Below, piece after piece: positions 1-9,929 of a DNA stretch of 64,000 nt. Location: contig CAWHIJ010000003.1 of the NCBI GenBank assembly GCA_963829525.1, positions 2,112,001 to 2,176,000 on the forward strand. Reading direction: 5' to 3'. The stretch's first letter is position 1. Every line of letters begins with the position of its first letter. Both the position numbers and the translations under genes were made by a program. The notes under the pieces were generated by a model that ran no database searches, had not been told where the DNA came from, and saw only the letters and a program-made list of their open reading frames with translations. This DNA comes from an uncultured Actinomycetota bacterium. GTDB lineage: Bacteria > Actinomycetota > Actinomycetes > JAHEKZ01.

Positions 1-2857
1 GCTTCTGTCCGGCGTCGGCGTCGCTTTGGCGTTCTGGAACACCACGGGTGCCGGGAACGGAGCCGGCGACGTCGGCACCCTTACCGCACCGTCGAGCGTC
101 GCTGTGACCCCAACCTTCTCCACAGTCAACGTGACGTGGGTGGCCGCGACTCCTCCGAGCGGAACGCTCAACGGCTACGTCGTCAGCCGGTCGGACGGCA
201 CAACGTCAGTCGACGCCTGCGGCACGAACTTAGGTGCCCCCGGCAGCTACATCCCGGCCGATACGCTGACCTGCACGGACCTGTCGGTACCCAACGGCAC
301 CTACACCTACACCGTGACAGCGGTCTTCCGCAGCTGGACATCTACCAGCAACCCCAGCAACGTCATCTCGGTCTCCGGTGACCCGAACAGCCCGTCGCAG
401 TCGATCGCGATGACGAGCGGCACGAATGCCTACTTGGGCGGCGCTTCCATCTACTTCCGCAGTGCCGCAGCCGGCAGCTTCCAGCTGGCGAGCACGGTCG
501 TCGACGGAGAGTCGGGTCCGGCATCTGCGACATTCCCTGCAGTGTCAGCAGCGGGCTGGACCCACCCAGCCCAAACAGTCACTTCGGGCACGGGAACGAA
601 TCCGAAGACCTACACGTCGAGCACCTTCGGCTGGACGCCTGGAGCGGCCACGCCCAGCACGTTGTCTGTTGTGGGCCGAGACGTCGTCGGGAACACGGTC
701 ACGACTCCCCTGACCTTCACTGTCGACAACACCGGACCCACCGGGGCTGCCCTCACCGTCAACGGCGTGGCAGCATCGGCAGCCGGCTCGACGAGCACCG
801 CTCGACTCGCCTTCCCCATCAACTTACGCACCGACTACAGCGCAGATGCTGGCGCCGGCGTGGCAGCGAGCGTCCTCACCCGTGAGTCGGCCACCTTCAG
901 CGGCGGCACCTGCGGCAGCTTCGGCTCCTCGGTTACGGTCACCGGCAACCCGAGCCAGACCGGGCTCACCACGGGCTGCTACCGCTACACCCTGACCGGC
1001 ACCGACAACGTTGGCAACACATCAACGGTCTCGACGGTCGTCCGCTACGACGCGACGGCGCCGACGCAGGCGGTGACGCTCGCGTCGTCCGGTGCCGCCT
1101 CGCAGACAGGCAGCAACATCTACCTGCGGACTGCCGTTGCTGGTTCCTTCACTGTGACCTCTGCCGTCACCGACGACCAAACGGGCCCGGCATCGGTCAA
1201 CTTCCCCGTCATCTCAACGGCGGGTTGGACTCACCCCAACCAGACAGTGTCCACCGGCTCGGGAACAGCTCCAACAGTCAGCTACGTGTCATCGACATAC
1301 TCCTGGACCGCTGGCTCTGCCCGTCCCGGCAACACGACGCTCACCGCAAGCGACGTCGCAGGCAACACCGGCACTTCGGTCCTGGCCTTCGTCACCGACA
1401 ACACCGTCCCCGTTACCGGAGCCCTGACTGTCAACGGGACTGCCGCATCCGCCGCCGGATCGTCAAGCTTCAACCGCACCGGCGCGTTCGCCATTGCCCG
1501 CACCGACTACACCGATGCTGGCTCCGGTATTGCCTCCAGCGTGCTCACCGTCGAGCAGGCGGCGTTGGTCAATAACGTCTGTGGCACCTACGGCACAGCG
1601 ACCATGCTCACCGGAGCCCCAGCCCAGTCCGGAGTCACCACGGGTTGCTACCGCTACCGGATCACCGGCACCGACAAAGTGGGGAACACCACCAACCGCA
1701 GCACTGTGGTCAAGGTCGACCGCGAGATTCCGGTTGCTGGAGCCCTCACCGTCAACGGGACGGCTGCGAACACCGCCGGCACGACTAGCTTCGCCAAGGG
1801 CGACTTCCCGATCGACCTTCGTACTGACTGGACGGACGTGGCGAGCGGGATCAACACGAGCACCCTGGTGCGCACCCAGGCCACGCTCACGGGGAACACC
1901 TGTGGCGCGTTCGGCACGTCGACAACACTCACGGGGAGCCCTGCTCAGACGGCGCTGGCCACGAACTGCTACCGCTACGTGCTGACGGGGACAGACCGTG
2001 CTGGCAACACCGCATCGGTGACGACCACCGTCAAGAAGGACATGACCAACCCGGTCTCGGGCGCACTGACCGTCAACGGCGTGGCCGCGACGGCTGCGGG
2101 ATCCACCAGCACCTCGAATGCCACGTCGTACGCAGTGGCCCGCACCGACTACACCGATGCAAACTCCGGCCTCGCCTCCAGCAGCCTGACGCGCTCATTT
2201 GCGACCTTGACCGGGGCCACCTGCGGGACGTTCGGTGCCCCCGTGACCCTGACCGGTGCGCCTGCCCAGAGTGGCTTGGCGGCCGGCTGCTACCGATACA
2301 CACTGACTGGCACCGACAACGCCGGGAACTCGGTGAGCCTCACCACCACCGTCTCCCAGCGCGTCGTGGTCACCGCCGTCAACCTGGTCAACGGCACCGG
2401 TATCGCCGGACGCGTTGACGCCGGTGACCGCGTCGACATCACGTTCTCTGATGCACTGGCAGTGTCGAGCATCTGCTCGACCTGGACCGGTAACGGGAGC
2501 AACCAGTCATTGACCGCAGACAACGATGTCAGTGTGATCATGACCAACGCTGCTACCGACACGCTGACGTTCAGCGCGACCTCCTGCGGCACCTTCAACG
2601 TGGGGTCCCTCAACCTGGCATCAACTGCCTACACGACGGCCAACGTCACGTTCAAGGGAGCAGGGGCTGGCGCCAGTACAGTCACCTGGAATGTGGCAAC
2701 GAAGACGCTCACCATCACTCTCGGCACGGCATCCGGTGCCGGAGCAGCCACGGTGGCCAGCAGCACGCCTGTGCTGACACCGTCTGGTGCACTCACCGAT
2801 CCCAACGGAGTTGTGGTCGGCGGAACCTTCACCCTCCCGACCGGCATCAAGTTCTAG
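1..2857 (+). CDS. Large secreted Thr/Ser/Gly/Ala-rich repeat protein (FN3/Ig-like repeats), 5'-truncated by the window edge
   Basis: The frame is open from base 2 (LLSGVGVALA-FWNT), which looks like the end of a signal peptide. It has four ~108-aa repeats (GALTVNG..CG.FG..CYRY.LTGTD..GN) and two GWTHP.QTV repeats. Confidence 0.85.
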   Translation, partial: LLSGVGVALAFWNTTGAGNGAGDVGTLTAPSSVAVTPTFSTVNVTWVAATPPSGTLNGYVVSRSDGTTSVDACGTNLGAPGSYIPADTLTCTDLSVPNGTYTYTVTAVFRSWTSTSNPSNVISVSGDPNSPSQSIAMTSGTNAYLGGASIYFRSAAAGSFQLASTVVDGESGPASATFPAVSAAGWTHPAQTVTSGTGTNPKTYTSSTFGWTPGAATPSTLSVVGRDVVGNTVTTPLTFTVDNTGPTGAALTVNGVAASAAGSTSTARLAFPINLRTDYSADAGAGVAASVLTRESATFSGGTCGSFGSSVTVTGNPSQTGLTTGCYRYTLTGTDNVGNTSTVSTVVRYDATAPTQAVTLASSGAASQTGSNIYLRTAVAGSFTVTSAVTDDQTGPASVNFPVISTAGWTHPNQTVSTGSGTAPTVSYVSSTYSWTAGSARPGNTTLTASDVAGNTGTSVLAFVTDNTVPVTGALTVNGTAASAAGSSSFNRTGAFAIARTDYTDAGSGIASSVLTVEQAALVNNVCGTYGTATMLTGAPAQSGVTTGCYRYRITGTDKVGNTTNRSTVVKVDREIPVAGALTVNGTAANTAGTTSFAKGDFPIDLRTDWTDVASGINTSTLVRTQATLTGNTCGAFGTSTTLTGSPAQTALATNCYRYVLTGTDRAGNTASVTTTVKKDMTNPVSGALTVNGVAATAAGSTSTSNATSYAVARTDYTDANSGLASSSLTRSFATLTGATCGTFGAPVTLTGAPAQSGLAAGCYRYTLTGTDNAGNSVSLTTTVSQRVVVTAVNLVNGTGIAGRVDAGDRVDITFSDALAVSSICSTWTGNGSNQSLTADNDVSVIMTNAATDTLTFSATSCGTFNVGSLNLASTAYTTANVTFKGAGAGASTVTWNVATKTLTITLGTASGAGAATVASSTPVLTPSGALTDPNGVVVGGTFTLPTGIKF

Positions 2858-2946
2858 GACCCGTCAGTAGGCGAAGGGCTGACCTGCAAGGGTGACCCCC
2901 GGAGCGCGGCGTGATCAGAGACGCCGGCCGGTGAGTCAGGACAGCG

Positions 2947-3573
2947 ATGAATGCCAAGGAGCGGCCCCGAATCGCCGGTTTGCTGCTCGCGACGGCGGGA
3001 ACGGTCACCCTCATGGGCATCATCACGGCCGAGGCGATCTACCCGACGATCTACACGACCACCACCAACGAGATCAGCGATCTCGGCGGACGCACAGCAG
3101 CCGGGGTCATCTTGCAGCCGTCCGGATACGTGTTCACTCTGGCGATGGTGACCACCGGCCTTGCGACGATCGCGGCGGCGACGCTGTTGCTGCGCTCGGG
3201 GACCGGCCGCTTCCTCGGATTGGCCGTGCTCCTCAACGGGGTCGGCACCCTGGGGGTCGGAGTCTTCCCGAGTGGTAGCGGGCCGATTCACCCATCCTTC
3301 GCCGTCGTCTCATTCGTCGCAGGCGGACTCTGCGGTATCGCCGGTGGTTGGACACGCACCGGTCCGGTCAGCTGGTTCTCGTACCTCTTGGGCGGGGTTA
3401 CCCTCTCCGTCCTGGTGCTGGCGCTCTTCGGTGGGCTCGACGGCGGGGCGCTCACCGGCCTCGGTATCGGCGGTGCCGAACGCTGGATCGCCTACCCCGT
3501 CGTGCTCTGGCAGGTGATGTTCGGCGGGGCGCTGATGGCTGGGTCGCTGTCAAGGCCGACTACCTCGCCGTAG
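2947..3573 (+). CDS. DUF998-like integral membrane protein
   Basis: Five hydrophobic segments, with ISDLG, GVGVFP..H and GGAERW..YP motifs. Confidence 0.7.
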   Translation: MNAKERPRIAGLLLATAGTVTLMGIITAEAIYPTIYTTTTNEISDLGGRTAAGVILQPSGYVFTLAMVTTGLATIAAATLLLRSGTGRFLGLAVLLNGVGTLGVGVFPSGSGPIHPSFAVVSFVAGGLCGIAGGWTRTGPVSWFSYLLGGVTLSVLVLALFGGLDGGALTGLGIGGAERWIAYPVVLWQVMFGGALMAGSLSRPTTSP

Positions 3574-3577
3574 ACCG

Positions 3578-3641
3578 TTGTCAACCAAGTGGTTGACAAA
3601 CCGAGATCTGGCAACCACACTCCTTCACAACCATTCGGTTG
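3578..3641. promoter_or_regulatory. Two CAACC-N4-GGTTG operators (likely ArsR autoregulation)
   Basis: TTGTCAACC-aagt-GGTTGACAA at 3578-3599 (contains TTGACA) and CAACC-attc-GGTTG at 3628-3641, next to the AAGGAG RBS. Confidence 0.7.
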
Positions 3642-3654
3642 CAAAGGAGTGTCC

Positions 3655-4032
3655 ATGGCCGACCCCCTCTCGCAGGCGTTCGCGGCTCTTGCCGACCCCA
3701 CTCGCCGCGACATCGTCGCCCGGCTCACCCTCGGGGACGCCACGGTCGGCGAGCTGGCGGCGCCCTATGCCGTCTCGGTACAGGCAGTGTCCAAACACCT
3801 GAAGGTGCTCGAGGACGCCGGTGTCGTCTCGCGCTCACGTGACGCGCAGCGTCGCCCGGTCCACCTGGAGGCGGAGGTCTTCGACCTGATGACCAAATGG
3901 CTGGAGCGTTACCGACGCCAAGCCCAGGAGCGCTACGAGCGGCTTGATGCGCTCCTGGCGACCCTCCTCCCCACGACCCACCACCCGCGACCGCCTCACC
4001 CGACCAAAGGACCCCTCGATGACCGCCCATGA
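3655..4032 (+). CDS. ArsR/SmtB family transcriptional regulator
   Basis: FAALADPTRRDIV..VSKHLKVLEDAG motif; AAGGAG lies upstream of ATG 3655. Confidence 0.9.
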   Translation: MADPLSQAFAALADPTRRDIVARLTLGDATVGELAAPYAVSVQAVSKHLKVLEDAGVVSRSRDAQRRPVHLEAEVFDLMTKWLERYRRQAQERYERLDALLATLLPTTHHPRPPHPTKGPLDDRP

Positions 4033-4492
4033 CACCGAGATCGTTGCCGACCCCACAGTCCCGCTGGTGCGTATCACTCGCGTCTTCGACGCACCGCCGG
4101 AGAGCGTGTTCCGCGCCCACACCGAACCCGACCTGGTGACGCAGTGGCTCGGACCGCGCGACCTGGTGATGAGCATCGACCACTACGACTGCCGGACCGG
4201 CGGCTCCTACCGCTACGTGCATACCCGCGGCGACGACAACTACGGGTTCTTCGGCTGCTTCCATGAGGTCCGCCCGAACGAGCTGATCGTGCAGACCTTC
4301 TGCTTTGAGGGATTTCGCGACTCCGTCGCTCTTGAACGACTCATGCTCGAAGACCTCGGCGGCGGACGCACGCGTCTCATGGCGACCTCGCTGGTCGACT
4401 CATTCGAGGGCCGGGACGCCTTCGTCGCCAGCGGCATGGAGTCCGGCGTCCGCGAGGGGTATGAACGCCTTGATGAGCTACTCGCTGGCTGA
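4019..4492 (+). CDS. SRPBCC/AHSA1 family protein
   Basis: ITRVFDAPPESVF..QWLGP..GGSYRY..SGMESG motifs; overlaps the ArsR gene, a classic pairing. Confidence 0.9.
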   Translation: MTAHDTEIVADPTVPLVRITRVFDAPPESVFRAHTEPDLVTQWLGPRDLVMSIDHYDCRTGGSYRYVHTRGDDNYGFFGCFHEVRPNELIVQTFCFEGFRDSVALERLMLEDLGGGRTRLMATSLVDSFEGRDAFVASGMESGVREGYERLDELLAG

Positions 4493-5023
4493 GAACTCTC
4501 GGCGCTGGCGGAACCCGCGTCCGGCACTGACGATCCAGTACACGCCGAGCCCGACAAAAGCAGCTATCACGCCGTAGTCCAAGGCGTCCGGAGCCTCCGC
4601 GACATCTGTCACATCGCGGGTGTCGAAGACGACGTCCATCGACTCTCCCGGCTGTGGCGCGTTACCTCTCTCGTCGATGGTGCCGCTGTGCGCCACTCCA
4701 TCCACCGGATACTCGATAGAGATGCGGTTATGTCCTCCGTCTAGGGGTTCGACCTGCAACACTTCGGCTGTCACTTCCTGGCCGAAGACCTTCATCTCCA
4801 CGGCCGCGGCGAAGGCGACGAGCCCGAACAGCAGCGCGGCGATCCCGATGACAGCCGTGACAACGAGGCGGAGGGCCGAGCGCGAGCCCCCTCGGCTTCG
4901 TCGCCAACGCCGCTTCACGTCCGCGACCCCCACCGTCTGGCTCGTCACGGGAGTGACGACGGCGCTCTCACCCCTTTGCAGGCGTTCCAGGGTTTCCTGC
5001 GGTGTCTCAATCCTTGTGCTCAT
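4478..5023 (-). CDS. Membrane protein, DUF3592-like
   Basis: TM-beta domain-TM layout; GGGAGG RBS before MSTRIE. Confidence 0.55.
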   Translation of the reverse strand: MSTRIETPQETLERLQRGESAVVTPVTSQTVGVADVKRRWRRSRGGSRSALRLVVTAVIGIAALLFGLVAFAAAVEMKVFGQEVTAEVLQVEPLDGGHNRISIEYPVDGVAHSGTIDERGNAPQPGESMDVVFDTRDVTDVAEAPDALDYGVIAAFVGLGVYWIVSAGRGFRQRREFSASE

Positions 5024-5130
5024 GATCCCTCCCGCACGGAGGACGTGCGGCCTGACCGCCTCACAGTGCCAGGCTTGCGATTCGGGCCTTCCCCTGCCAG
5101 AGGCCAACGACCCACCGCCGCAGCGGATCC

Positions 5131-5763
5131 TCAGCGCCGCTCTGTCGCGACGAACGGCGCCTGCCGCACGTACCACCCATGCTCAGCCACGTCGACGAGG
5201 AAGGTGGCGAGGTCGGCGCGGACGATCGTCGACGAACGCGTCGACCGATGGGCATCCTCCTCGACATGCGCCGTCTCCTCGCCGTCGACCAGCCGAGGAG
5301 GCCGCACCAACGTCCAGTCGAGGTCACTCGCGGCGAAGACCGCGTACTCCTCACGCTTGTCGCGTGCCAGCGGACCACCGACCAAACGCACGATCCTTGT
5401 CGCCACGGCAGAACTCCGAGATCGCTGATCTCCCGGCAGAGCAACAGCCATGCCGCTGATCCCAACGAACCTGTGCACGCCGACCGCCGGCATCGTGGCA
5501 ACGAGAGCCCGCGCGGTGTCGCGATGCAGAGTCCCTTCACGCCCGCGCGGACCCAGTGCAGAGATCACACCGTCGGAGCCTTCGACAAGGGTCCGCAAGG
5601 TGGCTCGATCCCGGCAGTCCCCCACGACCGTGGTGACCGAACTCCCCTCCGTTATCCGGCCATCGGCGCGTACCAACGCCCGCACCCGGTGCCCGCGAAG
5701 AAGAAGCTCGTCCAGGACCAGGGCACCGGTCCGACCCGTGCTGCCGATCAAGGCGATGAGCAT
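5131..5763 (-). CDS. NAD(P)H-binding oxidoreductase (atypical SDR, flavin-reductase-like)
   Basis: GSTGRTG Rossmann motif and SDLDWTLVRPP; TAGCGT -10 box 6 nt before the ATG. Confidence 0.85.
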   Translation of the reverse strand: MLIALIGSTGRTGALVLDELLLRGHRVRALVRADGRITEGSSVTTVVGDCRDRATLRTLVEGSDGVISALGPRGREGTLHRDTARALVATMPAVGVHRFVGISGMAVALPGDQRSRSSAVATRIVRLVGGPLARDKREEYAVFAASDLDWTLVRPPRLVDGEETAHVEEDAHRSTRSSTIVRADLATFLVDVAEHGWYVRQAPFVATERR

Positions 5764-5843
5764 GAGAGAACGCTACCGAGTCGAAGAACACCACAGACCG
5801 TCAAAGGCGGCCACGGTGTTTCGGCTCTGGCATCATCATGATC

Positions 5844-6095
5844 ATGGCGACGCAGGATGACCATAACGAGAATCCGCCCACCAGCGAGGACTGGGCGAAA
5901 CTTGTGGGTTCCCAGCGTGACGATCAGTACACGCCCATGGGACAGATCGCCATGTACGGCGACTTCGCCATGGGTGTCCGGCGCCTGCGAGGGTGGCGAC
6001 GGTGGCTGAGCCTCACCCTGATCTGGCTGATCATTGCGCTGCTCGTAGCAGGAATCGTCTGGACCCTCACTGAGGTCCTGTTCACGCAGAAATGA
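5844..6095 (+). CDS. Small single-TM hypothetical protein
   Basis: Basic patch followed by one C-terminal hydrophobic helix; fills the gap directly upstream of arfB. Confidence 0.6.
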   Translation: MATQDDHNENPPTSEDWAKLVGSQRDDQYTPMGQIAMYGDFAMGVRRLRGWRRWLSLTLIWLIIALLVAGIVWTLTEVLFTQK

Positions 6096-6106
6096 CGTGA
6101 GCCACG

Positions 6107-6532
6107 ATGAGTGACGTACCCGTCCGGGGCTCGGTGGTGATCCCGTCCCACGAGCTGCGGTGGAAGTTCTCCCGGTCCAGCGGCCCCGGCGGCCAGTCGG
6201 TCAACACCACCGACTCGCGCGTGGAACTGCTGTTCGATGTCGCCCACTCACCTTCATTGCCCCCTGTCTGGCGCAGGCGCGCCATCGACCGGCTCAGCAG
6301 CCGCCTCGTTGACGGTGTCCTACGGATCACCGCGCAGGAAGAACGCAGCCAACACCTCAACCGGCGGGCGGCTGAACAACGGCTTTCGGAGACGTTGCGC
6401 GAAGCGACGGCACCACCTCCGCCACCTCGGCATCCAACGAAGCCTTCTCGCGGCGCTGTGGAACGCAGAATCACGCAGAAGAAGCGTCGGGGTGAGATCA
6501 AGCGCGGACGCCGGGTCGACCCGGACGCTTAA
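6107..6532 (+). CDS. arfB: Alternative ribosome-rescue peptidyl-tRNA hydrolase ArfB
   Basis: SRSSGPGGQSVN motif, ERSQ..NR, and a basic C-terminal tail. Confidence 0.95.
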   Translation: MSDVPVRGSVVIPSHELRWKFSRSSGPGGQSVNTTDSRVELLFDVAHSPSLPPVWRRRAIDRLSSRLVDGVLRITAQEERSQHLNRRAAEQRLSETLREATAPPPPPRHPTKPSRGAVERRITQKKRRGEIKRGRRVDPDA

Positions 6533-6895
6533 AACACTCGTGTCAGAGTGCGCAGCGGGTCTTCCCGGCCCGTTGGCCGCCAGACGACGTCGCTCGAGGG
6601 GTCAACAGCGTTCTGGCGCCAGAACGGGACAAACTCTTTGGGGTGGCACAAGGTGCCGAAGGTGGCGCGGCCGCTGCAGCCCTGATCGTCCTCTCCAGCG
6701 CAGCCGAGACGGTGACGGTCGACTCCTAGCCGACGTCCCCTCGAGCATCGATGCGCATCGAGCGTTCAGAATGTGTCGCAGCCTCCTACTCCTCACCAAC
6801 CCTCGACACGAAGGCCCGCGCGCCGCGAAGACTTCGCTGTCTTCCTGTCAGTTCACCCTGCTCGGCGTCGAGGGACCAGAGGCGATGGTCCCCGT

Positions 6896-7603
6896 TCAGG
6901 CAACGCCCTGACTGCGTTTGCGCGAATCGGACCGCTTGAAGCCCTCGGCAAAGAGGGACGTGTCGAACCAGGTGGGAAAGGCACGCACGAGTCGGGACGG
7001 ACCCAACAATCGCACGGAGCCGTCTCTGACCAATTCGCGGAACGGGGCGAGCCCCACGACCCACCGCTGCAGCTGCTTGGTCTCGGCTTGGACTGCCAGG
7101 TCAACGTCATAGCCGGGGTCATCCTTGCAAACACTTACTTGGCGATTCTCGATGCCGAGCCATCCTTCAGCAGCACCCGCTCCGCTCAAGACCATGTGCA
7201 CCACGGTGCGATCAACAGGGAGCTTCAAGGGAATCGCAACCTGGTGCATCCGCCACATCAACGACAAACCGTCGCACTCGTCATCATCGGGGTCGGAGAA
7301 CACCCACTCAGCAGCCCAGTTACCCATGGCCCACACGATGGGGGTGAGTCCCTCTCCGGCCGGTGTCAGGGAGTAGCTCCCGGCCCGGCCGCGATCAGCC
7401 ACCTGACGAGTGACCAAGCCACGTCGTTCCAGAGTGCGCAGCCGCTGCGCCAGCAGGGTGCGACTCATTTTGGGAACGCCGCGATGGATCTCGTTGAACC
7501 GGCTTGACCCCACCATCAGCTCGCGGATGATCAACGGCGTCCACCGGTCACCGAGGACGTCGACACCCACGGCAATTGGGCAGTAGTCGGAGTAGTTGGC
7601 CAT
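6896..7603 (-). CDS. HxlR-family winged-helix regulator with C-terminal SCP2-like domain
   Basis: YCPIA...LGDRWTPLIIREL..RFNEI..YSLTPAG. Confidence 0.85.
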   Translation of the reverse strand: MANYSDYCPIAVGVDVLGDRWTPLIIRELMVGSSRFNEIHRGVPKMSRTLLAQRLRTLERRGLVTRQVADRGRAGSYSLTPAGEGLTPIVWAMGNWAAEWVFSDPDDDECDGLSLMWRMHQVAIPLKLPVDRTVVHMVLSGAGAAEGWLGIENRQVSVCKDDPGYDVDLAVQAETKQLQRWVVGLAPFRELVRDGSVRLLGPSRLVRAFPTWFDTSLFAEGFKRSDSRKRSQGVA

Positions 7604-7831
7604 GGTTACCATTCTGCGCCGCAGAACTCGCTCCTGGTAGTACGGATCCTGTACCTACTTGGCCCGCGCCCACGCCGGATTTGACAGTCCAGCCGCGCAA
7701 TCTGGGTCCGATTTGGGTGGTTGTTCCGCCCAGAGGGCGGTACGGCACTCGCACTCGTTCGGGACCACTCGTTGACAGCACGGTCGAAGGCAGCGACGCC
7801 CATCCGGGGCGCCCTCCTCCAAGGAGCAACA

Positions 7832-8656
7832 GTGACTGTTACCCCTCTGCAACCGAATCTGGCCGCGGTCAAGGCCAAGCAACAGAAGACCTGGTCCAGC
7901 GGCAATTTCTCGATGGTCGCCTCGCGCATCGTGCTCACGAGCGAGCGGCTCGCCGATTCGGCAAACCTGCGCGCCGGATGGTCCGTGCTCGACGTTGCCT
8001 GCGGCAACGGCAACGCCACCCTTGCCGCGGCACGACAAGGTGCCCACGCAGTGGGCATCGACTATGTGCCGGCACTGATCGACGACGCGCGCCGGCGAGC
8101 TGCGGCAGAAGGACTCGATGTCGAGTTCACCGTCGGCGATGCCGAGGACCTGCCCGCCGATGACGATTCGTTCGACGCGGTCCTCAGCGTGTTCGGCGCC
8201 ATGTTCGCGCCCGATCATCAACAGACCGCCGACGAGATCATCCGCGTCGCCAAGCCGGGTGCCACCGTCGGGCTAGCGTCCTGGACGCCGGACGGCTTCC
8301 TCGGCGAGATGTTCGGGGTGATCACCTCGCAGGTTCCGGCTCCCGCAGGTGTCCGCTCCCCCATGCTCTGGGGGCGTGAGGAACACCTTGTCGACCTCTT
8401 CGGCGACCAGGTCGACGACATCCGGTCGCAGAAGTGCTTTCAGATGTTCCGCTATCGCTCTGCCGACGATTTCGTCGACTACTTCCGGCGCTGGTACGGA
8501 CCGACTCTCAAGGCCTTCCAGACGCTCGACGAAGACGGCCAAACCCAACTCTTCGCCGACCTCGCCTACCTGGCACGCCGCTGGGACAAGCATGGTGACG
8601 GCGGCAGTATCGCCGTTCCAGGCGAATACCTGGAGTCGGTGATCACGTTTCGGTAG
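7832..8656 (+). CDS. Class I SAM-dependent methyltransferase (UbiE-like)
   Basis: VLDVACGNG, GDAEDLP and FDAVLSVFGAMF motifs; AAGGAG before GTG 7832. Confidence 0.9.
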   Translation: MTVTPLQPNLAAVKAKQQKTWSSGNFSMVASRIVLTSERLADSANLRAGWSVLDVACGNGNATLAAARQGAHAVGIDYVPALIDDARRRAAAEGLDVEFTVGDAEDLPADDDSFDAVLSVFGAMFAPDHQQTADEIIRVAKPGATVGLASWTPDGFLGEMFGVITSQVPAPAGVRSPMLWGREEHLVDLFGDQVDDIRSQKCFQMFRYRSADDFVDYFRRWYGPTLKAFQTLDEDGQTQLFADLAYLARRWDKHGDGGSIAVPGEYLESVITFR

Positions 8657-8678
8657 GTCACCAAGGTGACCTGGCACC

Positions 8679-9395
8679 ATGGACGCCATGGCGCACGTCG
8701 CTCGCTCAGTGATCGCATCCGCACTTGCCGGCTACGCCGCCCTGCAGTTACTGGGCCGCACAGCGGGTTCGAGCAGTGAGGAACGTGCGGCGTGGCGTCC
8801 TGGTGACGACCTCGTCGACTGCCCCCAGCTCGTCACCAACCACGCGATCACGGCCGACGTTCCCGCCGACCGAGTGTGGCCGTGGCTGACCCAGATGGGC
8901 TGGCATCTGGGCGGCTACTACACGCCAGAGTGGGTCGACAGGTGCCTCTTTCCCGCTAACTGGTCCAGCCTCGACCACCTCGACCCCGCCCTCGTGCGCG
9001 ACCTTCAGCCGGGCGACGTCATCCCGGACGGCAAGCCAGGAACCGCGCAGTACGTCGTCCACGAGGCAATGTCGCCACACCTGCTGGTCCTGCGATCGTC
9101 CACGCACCTTCCACCGGGGTGGGACACGCGCTTCGGAACGACCTTCGTGTGGACGTGGTGCTTCCAACTGACCGACTTGCCTGGCGACCGGTCGCGGATC
9201 CACCTGCGGGTTCGCGGCCGCAGCGCCCCGTGGTGGCTCACGGTGTTGTACGTCGGGGCGCTGGTGCCGGCCGACCTCATCATGGCCATGGGCATGCTGC
9301 GAGGGCTGAAGCAGAGGGCCGAGTCGGACGCTCCGCTCCAGCCGTCCGGGCGAGACCCCTTCAACACAGATACAGTCCCACTGTTCACCGGGTGA
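8679..9395 (+). CDS. SRPBCC-like hypothetical protein
   Basis: HAIT.D.P...VWPWL.QMG..GGYY and ML.GLK.RAE motifs. Confidence 0.7.
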   Translation: MDAMAHVARSVIASALAGYAALQLLGRTAGSSSEERAAWRPGDDLVDCPQLVTNHAITADVPADRVWPWLTQMGWHLGGYYTPEWVDRCLFPANWSSLDHLDPALVRDLQPGDVIPDGKPGTAQYVVHEAMSPHLLVLRSSTHLPPGWDTRFGTTFVWTWCFQLTDLPGDRSRIHLRVRGRSAPWWLTVLYVGALVPADLIMAMGMLRGLKQRAESDAPLQPSGRDPFNTDTVPLFTG

Positions 9396-9416
9396 CAACC
9401 GACACCAGGAGCCCTT

Positions 9417-9929
9417 ATGCCAACCGATGCAGAGCTCGTCGAACTTGCGGCTCGCCGCGCGGAACTCCGGCAGCAATACGCCATGCCGACGGCAGAACGG
9501 CCACCGTCGAACGGCCGTGGAATCCACCACGCCGCGCTGATCTGCTCGGATGTGGAACAGACGATCCAGTTCTACCAAGGTCTGCTTGGCTTTCCTCTGG
9601 TCGAGCTGACCGAGAACCGTGACTATCCCGGGTCATCGCACTTCTTCTTCGACGTGGGGAACCAGACGCTGCTCGGCTTCTTCGACTTCCCCGGCCTCGG
9701 TCTGCAACCTGGCGTCGAGTCGATCGGCGCCGTCCAGCACATCGCGATATCCGTGGCCCGCGACCGCTGGGAGCAGCTGCGCATCCGGCTTGACGAGGCG
9801 GGCGTCGAGTACGTCGGTCCCGACCGCGGGATCCCCGAGTCGATGTACTTCCGCGACCCCGATGGGATCGGCCTGGAACTGCTGAGCGACCCCCTGATGT
9901 ACTTCGCCGGCCGTCAGCTCGACGAGTAG
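9417..9929 (+). CDS. VOC/glyoxalase family protein
   Basis: GIHHAAL..FY..LLG, HIAI and YFRDPDG..LEL metal-binding motifs. Confidence 0.9.
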   Translation: MPTDAELVELAARRAELRQQYAMPTAERPPSNGRGIHHAALICSDVEQTIQFYQGLLGFPLVELTENRDYPGSSHFFFDVGNQTLLGFFDFPGLGLQPGVESIGAVQHIAISVARDRWEQLRIRLDEAGVEYVGPDRGIPESMYFRDPDGIGLELLSDPLMYFAGRQLDE

